A stretch of 64,000 nucleotides of DNA from Octopus sinensis (lineage: Eukaryota): assembly GCF_006345805.1 (NCBI RefSeq), contig NC_043001.1, forward strand, positions 4,030,001-4,094,000. Reading direction: 5' to 3'. Within the stretch, counting starts at the first letter, position 1, and the number at the start of each line of letters is the position of its first letter. This document shows positions 12,399 through 25,959 of the stretch, one piece after another. Under the pieces are notes generated by a model, which worked only from the letters and a program-made list of their open reading frames with translations, was not told the DNA's origin and made no database searches. The position numbers were made by a program, and so were the translations under genes.

Positions 12399-14289
12399 GT
12401 AGCGGCCAGGATAATGTTAAAGAAATTGATGCATAAGAAATAATATTTGATTGAAATATCGATTTGCATAAAATATGTAATATATTTATAAACTTAGCAT
12501 GACGCTATTTGGTCTTAGAAGTATTGTTTCATAAGACACGTGAGTCCTATTAAGGACTTGTGTGTCGTTAATATAAACATACGTAGAAAACCCTGTTGTA
12601 AAATAGCAAAATAAAACCATAGAAGGGAGAAAATCATTAAGTAAAAGACAAAAACACACCGCATAACTCAAACGTATAACAAATATCGTCGGCCGATCGA
12701 TAGGGACGATATTTTAATCTCGTGTTAAAATGAAGCATTGCTACGGTAACACCTCAGGATCACGGCCTTCACAGAATCACTGGCAAAAAACTGAAATATG
12801 TAACAATGTTTCATGTGGTCGTTGTCACTGACTGATGGCAGAATGGAAATGTATGTTTTAGATAATAAATTTTGAAATTTATAAGGATGTCTGTGACTGT
12901 GATTTTATCCGCCCACAATATTCATACACATGCACACAAGTGCACACACCCATATTAAGACACAGAGGAACACATAGATATGAAGCACTAAGTCACTGGC
13001 AACACGTATATAGAGAATTGGATTTATAAGAAAGTTTAGAGAAAAAAAGTATGATTTGTAACTGAATGTGGAAAGAAAGGATATACGTAAGAGTGTTAAA
13101 GAAAGATATTCTGCTGAAAGAATTACACTGAATTGGAGAGAAAGATGTGAATATGTTTAATATAGAAAAATCGAAGGAAACAGAAATGTAGTCAGATTAT
13201 ATCATCACCGAGATGAAGAAATAAGGAATTGCTACAACAAACAAGAAAACGTTTGTATTTGTAAGAGTATTAAAAGAAGGATACAACAATAGAAATAATG
13301 AAAGAATGGTTTTAATCATGTTTGTCTTTCATTTAACAATGATGTTTAACTATTTTGCGCTAAAGAAATAAAACGATATAACAACGTCCACTTTTATACA
13401 CACACAAACACAAACACAAACGCACATACAGACATACACAGACTTTCACACACAAGGAATAAAAAAATGTATTTGAAGACGAAACATGAAGTAAACAGGA
13501 AAAAAATGACAAGAATATTTTCAGAAGCAAACATGATTAAGCAGTGACAGAGGAAATGCTCAGCAAAACGAAGATAATTCCTTATCAGAATCAATGCAAG
13601 GTTTACACACCAATACACACATTCACGCACATATTTGGCACCGCATTTAGATATACACGCATACAGATAATCTTAAAGATAGACATTAATCTGTAAGAGA
13701 CGGTAGAATAAACTTTGTAAGAAGACTGATTACAAAATGCGAATTTACCCTTATTTTGTAATTTCATTTTTAATTATTGATATTTGATACAAATTTGAGT
13801 TATACGATGTGTTTTTGTTTTTTTTTTATTTTATGATTTTCTCCCTTCCATGGTTTATTTCGTTATTATAAATCCTGAATTCTCTAAGTATGTTTATATT
13901 AAGTTTGATATTTGTCTATTTTTCAATTATTGTTTTTCTTTTTATATCAATAAGATTTTTTCATGATTGATAAATAACTAAATGAATATTGAATTTCTCA
14001 AATCTTTGTTTTGCTAGACAGTTTCTGAAGAGCGTAATCCTGTGTTGTATGCATGTACTATACATGTACAGAGAAAACCTGCGTATGCGCCGAATCACAA
14101 ACACGAGCACAAGCGTGCACACGCGCACAAATATGCGCACACATACACAAAAGAGTCTCCTTCTCTCTCTCTCTCTCTCTCTCTCTACATATATATATAC
14201 ACACACCTATTCATATGTGAATGGAAAAAATGGGAGTTTCTTCACGCGCAGGAAAGCATAGAGGAGAAGTATATATGTATATATGTATA

Positions 14290-14371
14290 TTTACATACAT
14301 ATATATATATATATTATATATATATATATACATACATACATACACACACACACATATATATATATATATAG

Positions 14372-14446
<75 letters not shown>

Positions 14447-14447
14447 C

Positions 14448-14479
<32 letters not shown>

Positions 14480-14490
14480 ATATACATACA
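14290..14490. repeat. Compound (TA)n/(CA)n/(GT)n microsatellite
   Basis: Direct read. Confidence 0.95.
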
Positions 14491-15225
14491 TAAAATATTC
14501 TATAACTCTAGATATAATTATAATAAGGTGTCAGCTAATTGTCTCGCAACATACTGAATTAGAAATGGACGCTAATGTATTTTCAACTGTCGTAAAGTTG
14601 AGAAAATCGCACACTTTTGAATGAAGGCAAAAGGAAAAACGATGAATCAACATTACTGTGGTTAATTACAGACGCGTTTCGAATTTAAAGTCACAAATAA
14701 TTACCTATTGTTCTCTTCAGTGTAATAATCCAAATGTAAATTTGCAAGTGTTGGAATAAAAATGCACGGAATCAAGCGTCATTGCCTGACTAATATTTAA
14801 CCAAACAGCCAAATATATACAGACGAGTGTGATTCATATTTATCCTTTAAACCCACGTGTGTGCTACGACTTTTCCGCAGACAACTGGAGTTTCCATCAG
14901 GGAGTGACTTATAATTTTAATAATGATGGTATAGGGTAAGATTACTAATGATAATAATTTATTATGTTATTTTCTCGTAGATTTTATGGTAGTATGGTAG
15001 TTGAAAAGACATTAGTCTCTACTTTTAATTCAGTACGTGGCGAGGCAATTAGCTGACCTCAGTATATTTATGTATATAAATACAGAATATTTTGTATAAT
15101 TTACCTAAAAGTTTTTTTCAACATACTGACTACTTCCTAAAATTATCATTTATAATCTTACATTATATCATTATGGTATATATATATATATATATATATA
15201 TATCTATATATATATATATATATTA

Positions 15226-15265
<40 letters not shown>

Positions 15266-15540
15266 GAGATGCAGCACGGAATTTTGTCAGTGAACAAGCC
15301 GCGGTCTCAAAGCGACGAAAATATTTTGACAAATTAAATTTAAATGTTGAAGTGAATCGAACGGTTTTTCTGTGTTTATTAAATCGCTTATAAACACCTT
15401 CCACGCTGCAATTGTTTTCGTTCCAGCGCACGATCTGAAATTAAGTCACTTGCTATGCAAGTACATCTCCGTAATATATATATATATATATATTATATAG
15501 ATATGTGTGTGTGCGCGCGCGCATGCGTGTGTGTATATTC

Positions 15541-15935
15541 TCTTTTACTCGTTTACTTGTTTCAGTCATTTGACTGCGGCCATGCTGGAGCACCGCCTTT
15601 AATCGAGCAACTCGACCCCGGGACTTATTCTTTGTAAGCCCAGTTCTTATTCTATCGGTTTCTTTTGCGGAAACGCTAAGTGACGGCGACGTAAACACAA
15701 TAGCATCGGTTGTCAAGCAATGCTAGGGGGACAAACACCGACACGCAAACATACACGCACATACATATATATACATATCCACGACGGGCTTCTTTCAGTT
15801 TCCGTCTACCAAATCCACTCACAAGGTTTTGGTCGGCCCGAGGCTACAGTAGAAGACACTTACCCAAGATGCCACGCAGTGGGACAGAACGCGGAACCAT
15901 GTGGTTGGTAAACAAGCTACTTACCACACAAACAT
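15541..15935 (-). mobile_element. Full-length tRNA-derived SINE with internal microsatellite (second family)
   Basis: Reverse complement of the family at 44111-44543 (head ...ggtaagtagcttg; body gtgagtggatttggtagacggaaactgaaagaagcccgtcg; tail cagtcaaatgactgaaacaagtaaa). Confidence 0.92.
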
Positions 15936-15958
15936 GCATATATATATATATAATATAT

Positions 15959-16013
<55 letters not shown>

Positions 16014-16760
16014 GAATATCTATACATACATACACACACAATGTACATAAGCATACAGCCATTTTTTATTAGTTACATTTGCATACTTTTGCCGAACTTG
16101 TAGTGAAGAAAAGCTTGACTACATATTATTTGATGCTAAGATATATTAAGAGCATTTTCACAATGATTTTTCATAGTTTCGCGAAATATGAGAACTTTGT
16201 TCAAATATATCTATGAGTGCCCCTGTGTGTATATCTGTATGTTCGTGTATAAATATGACATTGAATGGTATAACATAGATTCAAGCTAGGCGTAGGGTGG
16301 TATATGTCTGTATGTTTCTTACTCACTCCCCGATTTAAAAATGAAATATTTTTGTCGCCAGTTTTATTCAAACGCAGTTTCTATGTTTTTCAATCTCGAC
16401 TTCAAATCTGAAGACTTGGTGTGACTTACTTGATAAAAGTGATAATTCATCTCAGTCAATATGATTTTTCGAGATAGGAATTGGCTTCAGTTTACTAAAT
16501 ATTCACACCTGTATTAATGTCTTCAACACTTGTATTGTAACCCTTTTCTCTCAAATCGATTATTGTTTTCTGTGTTGATCGTTCACCTCATACACTTTCA
16601 AATAATTGGTGTCATATTCTCTCTCCTTTCATATACATATGTACGTCTAAACATACATCTATATAAATTCATATGTGTATAAATACAAACACACACACAT
16701 ACATATGTATATATGTATGTATATACATTTATATGTATACATATATATTATATATATATG

Positions 16761-16801
<41 letters not shown>

Positions 16802-16804
16802 GTA

Positions 16805-16875
<71 letters not shown>

Positions 16876-17149
16876 GTATATAATATATATATGTGTGTGT
16901 GTGTGTTTAAATGTATATGTGTGTGAGTGCGTGTGAATTTGTGTTATAAGCGATGCACGTTACCAGAAATTTCGGCTCAAGTCAAATAGACCTCACCACT
17001 GTAAATGACTGTTATATAATGTGCGTGAATGTATTTACGACTGGACTGCTTGAACGGGACATAAAGTAATCCAACGTATAAAATGAAGTCAAACCAAGTC
17101 GAAGATAATTACTAATGTCTCACACAGGAAAAATTTGCAAAATCTCTTA

Positions 17150-18230
17150 GCAACACTACGGAGTTGGTCTTGGGCAAGAAAGGACGATTTAATTTCACAG
17201 TTAAGGTTTTAGGAATTGAGTGACTAGATATTTTCAGTGAAGGACTCGATACATTTAAGGCGACATTACAAATGTATATTTTCAGGTTGAGATTCTAATC
17301 TTAATTCGGTTTCTTCTGGCTGCAGTGAAACTTTAGATCTTGTAGTGAAGCTGGTTTTTATCACAAACACATTCACTAATTTTGCTTCGACGCATTTTCC
17401 GTTCAAATGTCACTTAAGCCCCGTTTGAAATTACACTTGTATTCGGGTAGACAGATTTCTACTTATAATATCGGGGGTCCGTTATGTATGGTTCTTGAGT
17501 GGTTCTTATAACCCTTAACATTAGACCTAGGCTCATTCAGTGTCGCTATACTAGATACGATGATGCCTACCTAAAAGAGTTCAGGAATTTCGGGATAAGT
17601 CCAGCAAATTTATCAATTGGTTCATTAAACTAAGTTTCAAAAATGATATCCAAATCGTTGAACAATTTCCGTCGCTACAAATTCTTCTCCGATTTCTATT
17701 CTACCGAACAAGGACCTTATTTTAGTCAAACATTTCTTAAAACCCCTCATGATGGAATTAGTATTATCCTCACTGCCAGGTGTTGTCTGATAATCTTCCA
17801 AGTCGAACTGTGGTTCCCTGCCGCCTGAGAGAATGAGTTTGAGGATTCGATAGATTCAGTCGTCTCAGCCCTTTATATGAACTCCGCTAATTCTTTCCAC
17901 TTAATAGTTGTGGTTTGTTCTGAGCTGAACGATCTACTTAACGTTGTTAGTTATTTCACCTCGTTATCGCAAGAAAAATTAAGGAATATATTGCAGAAGT
18001 TTTTAAAATTCTTTGATCTAACTACCTCGTTTAAAAAGGAAATTACTACTGGAAATTTTCTTGAACAACCCCTACGTTTCATTTTTCAAGCGCTCTGCAA
18101 CTTCTACAAGGGAAACTTGATTCTATCTGTTCATTAGTCCTCTAAAAATCACTTTCACTCTGGAACAGATTAGTTAAAAATATAGAAATTTGACTCTCTA
18201 ATCTTTCCACTCAAGAAGAGGTTTCCAAAG
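17150..18230 (+). pseudogene. Decayed Penelope-like RT region
   Basis: LVxKLVFITNTFT (cf. LAELVLTTNNF), RYTRYDDA (cf. RYIDD), FLEQPLRFIFQ (cf. FxEPPLxAYR); many frameshifts. Confidence 0.4.
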
Positions 18231-18304
18231 TAATAAAATGTAGTCCTTATAAGAAATGTTTCTAACGAAGCGATATGAAACCACGGTTATAAGCAACAGA
18301 ACCG

Positions 18305-18400
<96 letters not shown>

Positions 18401-18425
18401 CTATTTCTCTCTCTCTCTCTCTCTT
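18305..18425. repeat. (ATCT)n then (CT)n microsatellite
   Basis: Direct read. Confidence 0.95.
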
Positions 18426-18633
18426 TATATATATATGTATATATATATTTATATAAGTCACTATGATTGATCGCTAACTCCAAAATTATTTGTTCTCTCT
18501 CTTTATTTCCTCGTGTTCCTTTCTGTTGATGAGCATAAGCTCGAATAATCTTGCCCACGATGCAACGCCCTGGGGCTCACTCTTGAACCATGAGGTTGGG
18601 AGGTGTATATATGCCTATATATACACACACATG

Positions 18634-18705
<72 letters not shown>

Positions 18706-18785
18706 CATGTGTATATATATATATATTATTTACATGTGTATATGCGTGTCTATATATATTTATATATATATATATATTATATATA

Positions 18786-19230
18786 TATATATTAATAAAA
18801 AGAATTCCAACCTTGCCTGATTTTCACGTTTTATTTACAATCTTATAATGATATATTATAAGATAATATATTATAATTGAATAAAATAAAATGAAATAGT
18901 AGAATGTTAAATGTTCATTCTGATTGAACTATTACTTTCATGCATTGAATTCTGCAATCTTCGGGTTCATGTAGTAGTGTTGACAGTCATGCTTCACAAT
19001 TTTTGACTGTGAAAAATTGTGAAGCATGACTGTCAACACTACTACATGAACCCGAAGATTGCAGAATTCAATGCATGAAAGTACTACTTCAATCAGAATG
19101 AACATTTAACATTCTACTATTTCATTTTATTTTATTCAATTATAATATATTATCTTATAATATATCATTATAAGATTGTAAATAAAACGTGAAAATCAGA
19201 CAAGGTTGGAATTCTTTTTATTAATATATT
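18786..19230. mobile_element. Near-perfect ~445-bp palindrome with a hammerhead-like unit in each arm
   Basis: About 220-bp arms, 3 mismatches, 7-nt loop at 19005-19011. Motif UGAAC-CCGAAGA-U-UGCA/UGCA-U-GAAA-GUA(C/A)-UA-(G/C)UUCA at 19047-19091 (+) and 18925-18969 (-). Confidence 0.8.
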
Positions 19231-19253
19231 CTTCTATACACAATCACACACAC

Positions 19254-19293
<40 letters not shown>

Positions 19294-19459
19294 TCTTATA
19301 TTCCTTTACTTGTTTCAGTCATTTGACTGCGGCCATGTTGTAGCACTGTATTTAGGCGAAGAACTTAATTCTTGTAAGCCTAGTACTTAGTCTACCGATA
19401 TCTTTTGCCGAACCGCTTAGTTTGTCGGTTGTCAAAAGTTGGTAGGCGGAGAAACACAG

Positions 19460-20060
19460 ACGTACAAACTGAAACGACTAGGGGGGGGGCGTTTTCGCGA
19501 ATACATCAGAAGCATAATGTTTCGTATGCCAGGCCAACCTGTGGTCACCCACTTCAACACTGTGAATCAATCTATAGCAGATTTGGCCTTGCATCACGGA
19601 TCTCTCTTCTTTACGAAACGAAAGGAGCAACGAAAAAAGCAAGGAAAGGAGCAACGTCTGATATTTGATCTTGGCACTATGTCCGCAACAGGCATGAATG
19701 GACGTTTTTCCTCTCATCCTTTCACCTCCTCTTGATTATTTTTTACCCTTTTTAATCCCCCTCCAAAGCTCTCTGTGCAGCTATCCCGTATTTAATTACC
19801 TCTGGTCTCTCCATCACCCTTTTCCTTCTCCTTGCTTCACGCCCTCTCCTATAACTTCTGGTTCACCTTAGCAGGCCGTGTTATTCTGCGTTCATTATCA
19901 GTTGCAACGATGTAAACTCTGTTTGAGTTTTTCTCCTTTTCTTCACTTTTTCTCTGACTCCTGACGAAGGATTGAATCCGAAACATTGGATATTCCATTC
20001 CTCACAACAACTTCACTGTATCCCTTTCACTTTTTTCCATATGTTTTCAATTCTTGCCGA
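19460..20060 (+). mobile_element. Penelope 3' end: GIY-YIG endonuclease C-terminus, 3' UTR and hammerhead motif
   Basis: ORF 19439-19735: KRLGGGRFREYIRSI...PGQPVVTHFNTVNQSIADL...KEQRLIFDLGTMSATGMNGRF (cf. RRLGDRFAEH...PVAxHFN...EQxLIFRLGTLxPxGxN). CUGACGA-A-GGAU/AUCC-GAAA-CA-UU at 19961-19987. Confidence 0.85.
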
Positions 20061-20149
20061 CGCAGAGCTACTAGAATATTACTTGATATATATATATATG
20101 TGCGTGTGTGTGTGTGGGGGGGGGGTGATCGCGCGTGTATTGTTGGCAA

Positions 20150-20275
20150 TGTTTCTCCTCCCTCTTCCCTTCCTTGGATCTTTCATTTCCAGGGCGTCCA
20201 ATAAAACTGTACTTGTTCCACGCTTTCGTGTTGTTGTGTTTTCTCTTTGTGTCTTCATGTTTGGATTAACTATAT
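20150..20275 (+). mobile_element. Short PLE-type tail fragment; reverse-complement copy at 33055-33160
   Basis: gcgtccaataaaactgtacttgttccacg...gttgttgtgttttctctttgtg...catgtttggattaactatat; both copies end on (TA)n. Confidence 0.6.
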
Positions 20276-20469
20276 ATACATGTATATATACACGATTGTC
20301 TACTTTCTGTTACCGTCCATCAATTCCACTCTCAAGGCTTCGGCCAGCCTAAGGCTATAGCAGAAGACAGTTATCCAAGGTGCCAGCCAGTAGGACTGAT
20401 CCCGGAAACATGTGGTTGGGATTCATCCTTCTTACCACACATAGGCACATATACATACACACACACACA

Positions 20470-20500
<31 letters not shown>

Positions 20501-20508
20501 ATATATAT

Positions 20509-20942
20509 ATATATACCAATTAAGGACTGAGCACGAAAAGGTGGTCAGTCAACATGCTAGATATAGACGTCAAATCGCCATTCTCCACAAAGATTTTGTT
20601 CTCAAATAAAAATAAAATTCAGCACGACCTAAAGCAATGGATAACACAAAAGAAATATACGAGACTCCGGTACCGTTTTTCATCTAGTACAGCATATTAT
20701 GCTCATAACAAACTACGCTGACGAAGCTACAGATATCCTTGTGATATTAATAGCTGAAACCGCTCGGTACGTAGGTGATTATTCCATTTCGTATATTTCT
20801 TTTGTGTTATCCATTGCTTTAGGTCGTGCTGAATTTTATTTTTATTTGAGAACAAAATCTTTGTGGAGAATGGCGATTTGACGTCTATATCTAGCATGTT
20901 GACTGACCACCTTTTCGTGCTCAGTCCTTAATTGGTATATAT
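20509..20942 (+). mobile_element. Fold-back element with ~150-bp identical arms and a central hammerhead fold
   Basis: Arms 20509-20662 and 20789-20942 read as exact reverse complements. Hammerhead at 20713-20774: CUGACGA-[AGCUA..AUAUC/GAUAU..UAGCU]-GAAA-CCGC-UC. Confidence 0.85.
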
Positions 20943-21023
20943 AAATATTTTAATCTTCGGATTCTTTTTAATGTGCTAGACCACTGGTTTTAATTGACTA
21001 ATATCAATTTTAACCTTAATTTT

Positions 21024-21078
<55 letters not shown>

Positions 21079-21562
21079 CATGCATATATGCATTCATATA
21101 TATACATAAATACATATATATACATAAATACATATGCTTTTATGTATTTATGTATAGGGCGTTGCATCGTGGCAAGTGTAAAAGAGTCCGCTGTCCTAAC
21201 CACTGGGTCATTGCGCCTCCACATAAATGAAGTACAATACGAATAAAAACAATTATCATACTAACGATAACTTTATCCCCCTAAAATCGTTCCTGGGTCA
21301 TAGGGCTCGGCTTCAAATTATATATAGATTAAATAATTGCACTGGCAACATTTTTGATATATTTACTCGATCAGGTCTCACCTGAGATTGAATAACGACA
21401 TCCTCAACGACAACCAATTTCATGCGAAAAACAACTTTATTTCTAGTGTTGTATTTAGAAATTTACAAATAAAACATATAGCAATTACTGTTGGTATATC
21501 TAACATCGTATGTCATTGATGTGCCATAATTTTAAATGATTTGTTTCGGTTAATTTTTCATA

Positions 21563-21798
21563 CAGGCTGTTCAAAAAGTCTCTCCGCAGTAGGTGCTTTT
21601 ATTGCAAAATAAATATTTAACAGATGGTTTAAGCCTACAAAAGAACATATAAGATTTACAAGACTTAAAAAAACTTTATATCAGATGTTGAAAGTGTCAT
21701 CCCTCATTTTACCATACATAAGTTGACTCTTCTATACATGTTTTGAAATACATGAGTCAGGATTAAAAACTTAACTGCGGAGAGGTTTTTTGATCACC

Positions 21799-21801
<3 letters not shown>
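21563..21801. mobile_element. Tc1/mariner-type MITE
   Basis: About 28-bp imperfect TIRs (caggctgttcaaaaagtctctccgcagt / actgcggagaggttttttgatcaccctg), TA at the left flank. Confidence 0.8.
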
Positions 21802-21848
<47 letters not shown>

Positions 21849-21985
21849 TAATATATATATATATATATGTAGATAGTAGATAGATACGTAGATTGATTGA
21901 CAGGTATATAGATAGATAGATAGACATAAACACACACACATACATACAAGATAAATACATACATGCATACACACATGTATGTGTG

Positions 21986-22107
<122 letters not shown>

Positions 22108-22599
22108 ATATATATATATATAAGAATTCGGTTAAACATCCAGGTTAAAGTATTGCATAAAGCAAGCTGAGCAACACTAAATTCATCAAAGGTAAACAGT
22201 AGATTTTATTTTATCAAATGTATTTGAAGCGCGAATAACATTTTTTGAACTATTCGATATTGATATTATATAGAGGTAAAAATCCTATATTATTAAAGCT
22301 AGTATTTTTGTGTGCGCCCGCAGTGTATGACTGTATGTAGCAGGGTATATCTAATAGTTTGCAGTTAAACTTCCAGCTCTACGTCTATCTTTCAACGTGT
22401 CAACTGCAATATCTGTCAGCATCTATCGTTCCCGCACTCTATCTTTCTCCCTCTCTTTATCTTTTGTTTCCCTCTATGCGTGCTTTAACGTCACGTTTGT
22501 TTGTATAACACAGATGACGCTTAATTTTCTATCTCAACACAAGATATATTACCCTCTTATCAAACCTGTTCAGTTTTATGACCATTCAGCCCTGATACC

Positions 22600-22860
22600 T
22601 ATAGTATTATATTAGACTCTTTAGCAGCTTTTACTGCCTTATCTCTTTCCTATTTTCTTGTCTATCTCCAACGATGTATTTCTCTGCAGCCAACATATAA
22701 CCGATACATTCAATGCTTAATCCTCTTTATTAAGCCTAATCAGCTACTTACACGATGCATTATACAATCCAGTTCTCTTTTCATGGATACAGATAACATT
22801 CGTTGCGAACAGATAAAACATTGATAAACCTGATCCATCTCTCTTTACTTGTGCCATAAC
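22600..22860 (-). pseudogene. Possible RTE LINE RT remnant
   Basis: LEIDKKIGKR (cf. xEIxxRIGKA) and an upstream decayed RT-like stretch. Confidence 0.3.
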
Positions 22861-23529
22861 TCTTTCAATTCATCCGTTTCAATCACTAATTAATTCATGT
22901 AGATAGCAGAATATATTTACAAAGTATAACAAGCTATGTAATTCAAAGATTCCATTAGGCTCTGTACGTGATGATAAGTCCTATCTGCTTCTAACAAATC
23001 TGTAATGGTTATTAAACGTTATTTTGAAATACATTACACTGTACTTCTGTATCGTGATTTCATGGACTAAGTGCAGGAAAACATACAGTCGTGTATGTAT
23101 ACATACATACATGGAGAAATTAAACGTTAACTGTTTGAATTTTACTACTTTGTTGTTAGAGAAATGCATACTTAATCGTTTTTTAAACCAGTAAATTATA
23201 CAAATAAACTCGTAACTGTAGGCGAAGTTGCATATTTAACAAATATCTGCACCGTCAGAATAACATGTGATAAAATGAAAAGCAGTCATAATTGGAGGGT
23301 CTGTTAACATCACATAAGATTGATGGCAAAAACTGGGGTAGGATATCTACCCAAATTTAATCTCACACTCCTCTGCCGTCTGGAAATTTTAAGTTGGACT
23401 ACATTTTGCATTTTGTTCAACGTACCTGATTGTTGTAATCCGTATGTGGTACTGTTATCACGACCAAACCGGAATAGTAGTATAGTTAGTTAGACAAGTA
23501 ATACCATGACTAATTATTACTAATTACTT

Positions 23530-24665
23530 TGTAGCGCATTCCACTCCTCACGTGGAAGGTGCGTTCTATTATTGCTATTTTCCCCACGTCTCCCCCTTTT
23601 AAGTTTTTTTTCTTTTTTGTTAGCGAGTGTAATTTTATTTCTTTTAATACCAATAATCTTTACATCACCCCTTCTCCCATTTTTTGATTTGTTTTCGTAG
23701 TTGCATACTTAAAATATTTCCTTTCGCCTCCACTTCCTGGATCTCATACATTTTCTCTTCCTTATGCTTGTGCGTCTGCGTTCAAATATTTGTAGTGACG
23801 TTGGTACTTGGAAAGTGTCATATCACCATTCCATTGCTTCTTCCAGTCTCTTGCGTTCGCCCTCAACCAATATTTTTTGCAGTTGGTTCACATATCTCTT
23901 GTATACTCCTTTTCTTCCTCTTACAAAGTGTAGCCTTTTCCCTTTGCCTTTGGTAATCACGACATCTTCCCAATTTTGTTTTCCATTCTTATATGCCTTA
24001 AACAAATACCTCTTCACCAATTTTGAAATATCTTGCTCCATCTCCATTGCAATTTTTCTTTTCTTGTCAGGTCGTAATTTGTCAAAGACCGATTTTATTT
24101 TCCACACAAACATCCGCTCCTTCGTCGGGTTCATACTTAAACTCTGTCATAGAGTTTGCAACATAATCTGCAGACAACATCTTTTCAGCATTTTTTGACG
24201 ACTTCCTATTCATTGATTGCAGTATGTGTGTCTGTAATAGTAACTGTTGTTGCTGTTGCGTCTGTTGTTGTTCTTCCAGTTGTAGCTGCTGCTGTTATTG
24301 TTCTTTCAGTTGTTTTTGCTGTTTTGCAATTCGAGGGAACCGGCCAACAATTTTTCTATAATTTTACGAGTGTTGTATACCGTAACATTCGCACAAAAAA
24401 GAGAAAATCTTTTGTGAGTCTCCTAATTCAATGTCAGTTTATTAATTCCTCGTCCCCACTGCTGCAACCATTATATCGGACTGTTATCAGGTCCACACCG
24501 GTACAAATATTCAGACACGACCACGACTATCTCTGACCGTCTATTTCGTACCGTACTCTCTACTTATACTGAAACTGACTGACAGTATTATAACGACACG
24601 CACATACCACTCGTCACGTGAAACGGGTGTTCTGTTATTACTATTTTCCCTATATCACTGATAAA
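23530..24665 (-). mobile_element. Internally deleted Gypsy LTR retrotransposon (5' LTR, Gln-rich gag start, integrase C-terminus, PPT, partial 3' LTR)
   Basis: ORF 23823-24134 has WKIKSVFDKLRPDKK and KAYKNGKQNWEDVVITKGKGKRLHFVRGRKGVYKRYVNQL, typical of the Gypsy integrase C-terminus. Purine tracts precede LTR-like starts, and the ~55-bp segments at 23535-23590 and 24605-24660 are similar (gggaaaatag.aataa.agaac.c.c.tt.cacgtga.gagtgg.atg). Confidence 0.7.
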
Positions 24666-24754
24666 AAGGTGCGTTTAAATTGTTATTTTGTTGTTTATTT
24701 ACGAGCGTGTGCGCTGTTCGTGGTAAGAAGTTTGCTTTCCAACATCACGTTTCC

Positions 24755-24900
24755 GATTTCAAAACAACTGCGTGGCATATTGAGTAAATGACTTCTACTT
24801 TAGCCCTCGGTCTACCAAAGCATGGTAGATAAACTTGGTTGACGGAAACTGAAAGTAGAGTGTATGTGTGTGTTTGTGTGTCTGTTTGTCCGACCCAAAA
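24755..24900 (+). mobile_element. Partial second-family SINE
   Basis: ctgcgtggca...cctcggtctaccaaagc...ggttgacggaaactgaaag. Confidence 0.7.
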
Positions 24901-25959
24901 ATTATTTTCAATAATTCTCCTCGGCGTTTTATATGTTTGCAAATTATAATCTCCTATCAATAAAGAAATGGTTTTAAAATATCAAAAATGTTACTTTAAT
25001 ATATTGCGCACATATCACTCCAGATATAAATTTGGGTATTTTTTGTGAAACAGAGTCTAAACATGAGAAATGTTCTGACTTTAAAGTGAATACTAAATTA
25101 ATAAATCCTTTTGTAGTTTAATCAGATTGTTTTTATTTTAAAGAAATCAATATTTCAAGTTTGGAAGACAAATGAGTTGGTATATTGATTAACGATAGAT
25201 GATTTTATACATAATTCTGACGTATATGAATAATGTTTAATTGCTTAGTATATTTTCACAATTTCAAATGTGACGACCATTAAACACAAGTGATATATTA
25301 GACAAGAGAGTAATGACAAATACAAATGTTTCAATGTTGTTGTTGCTGTTGCAACAGTTGTTGTTGTTGTCGTTAATGATGTTGTTGTTTTACAGAACCG
25401 CTTTGTTCTGCTAGTGCACATTCTATGACACTGAATTGACTGATACAAGTAGACCGCCGTTCTGTCGCCATCCAATCTTCATTCTATGTATAATAACAAA
25501 TAGACTTTGTTTTAAAGACTTTAGGAAGTTTCTTAAGAGCTATTGAACACTGAATTGACAGAGTAGGAAGCAAGTATCTACGCCTGTTATTATCAAATTG
25601 ATGACGTTTCACTATATCTTAAATCTAAACGGTTTGATATTTCTCTAAGTAGCTAACGCAGAGTAGAATATTTCACCGCTGAAATATGCCACACAGTACC
25701 ACAAAATTGATGCCTGATTTTGTTGCATTTGAATTAATTGTGTGCTGTGATTGTGGCAAGAAATGTCACACAATACATTGAGTAAGGGCCGTCCACTCAC
25801 CACTGGATGATAGCACCAATCAGCGAGTTATTATTATTGTTTGATCCTCTTATAATTTCACCGAACTCATCTATTATCGTAGGCGAAATATTTCAGCTGT
25901 CACTAATATACTTTCCTTTCAGGCTTAGAAAATCGAAGACAGTGTTATCCCTGTTATCA

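Larger units (their letters stand above)
19290..20450 (-). mobile_element. Second-family SINE split by nested PLE fragments
   Basis: SINE tail at 19290-19455 and SINE head at 20305-20450, with ~850 bp of PLE sequence between them. Confidence 0.75.
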
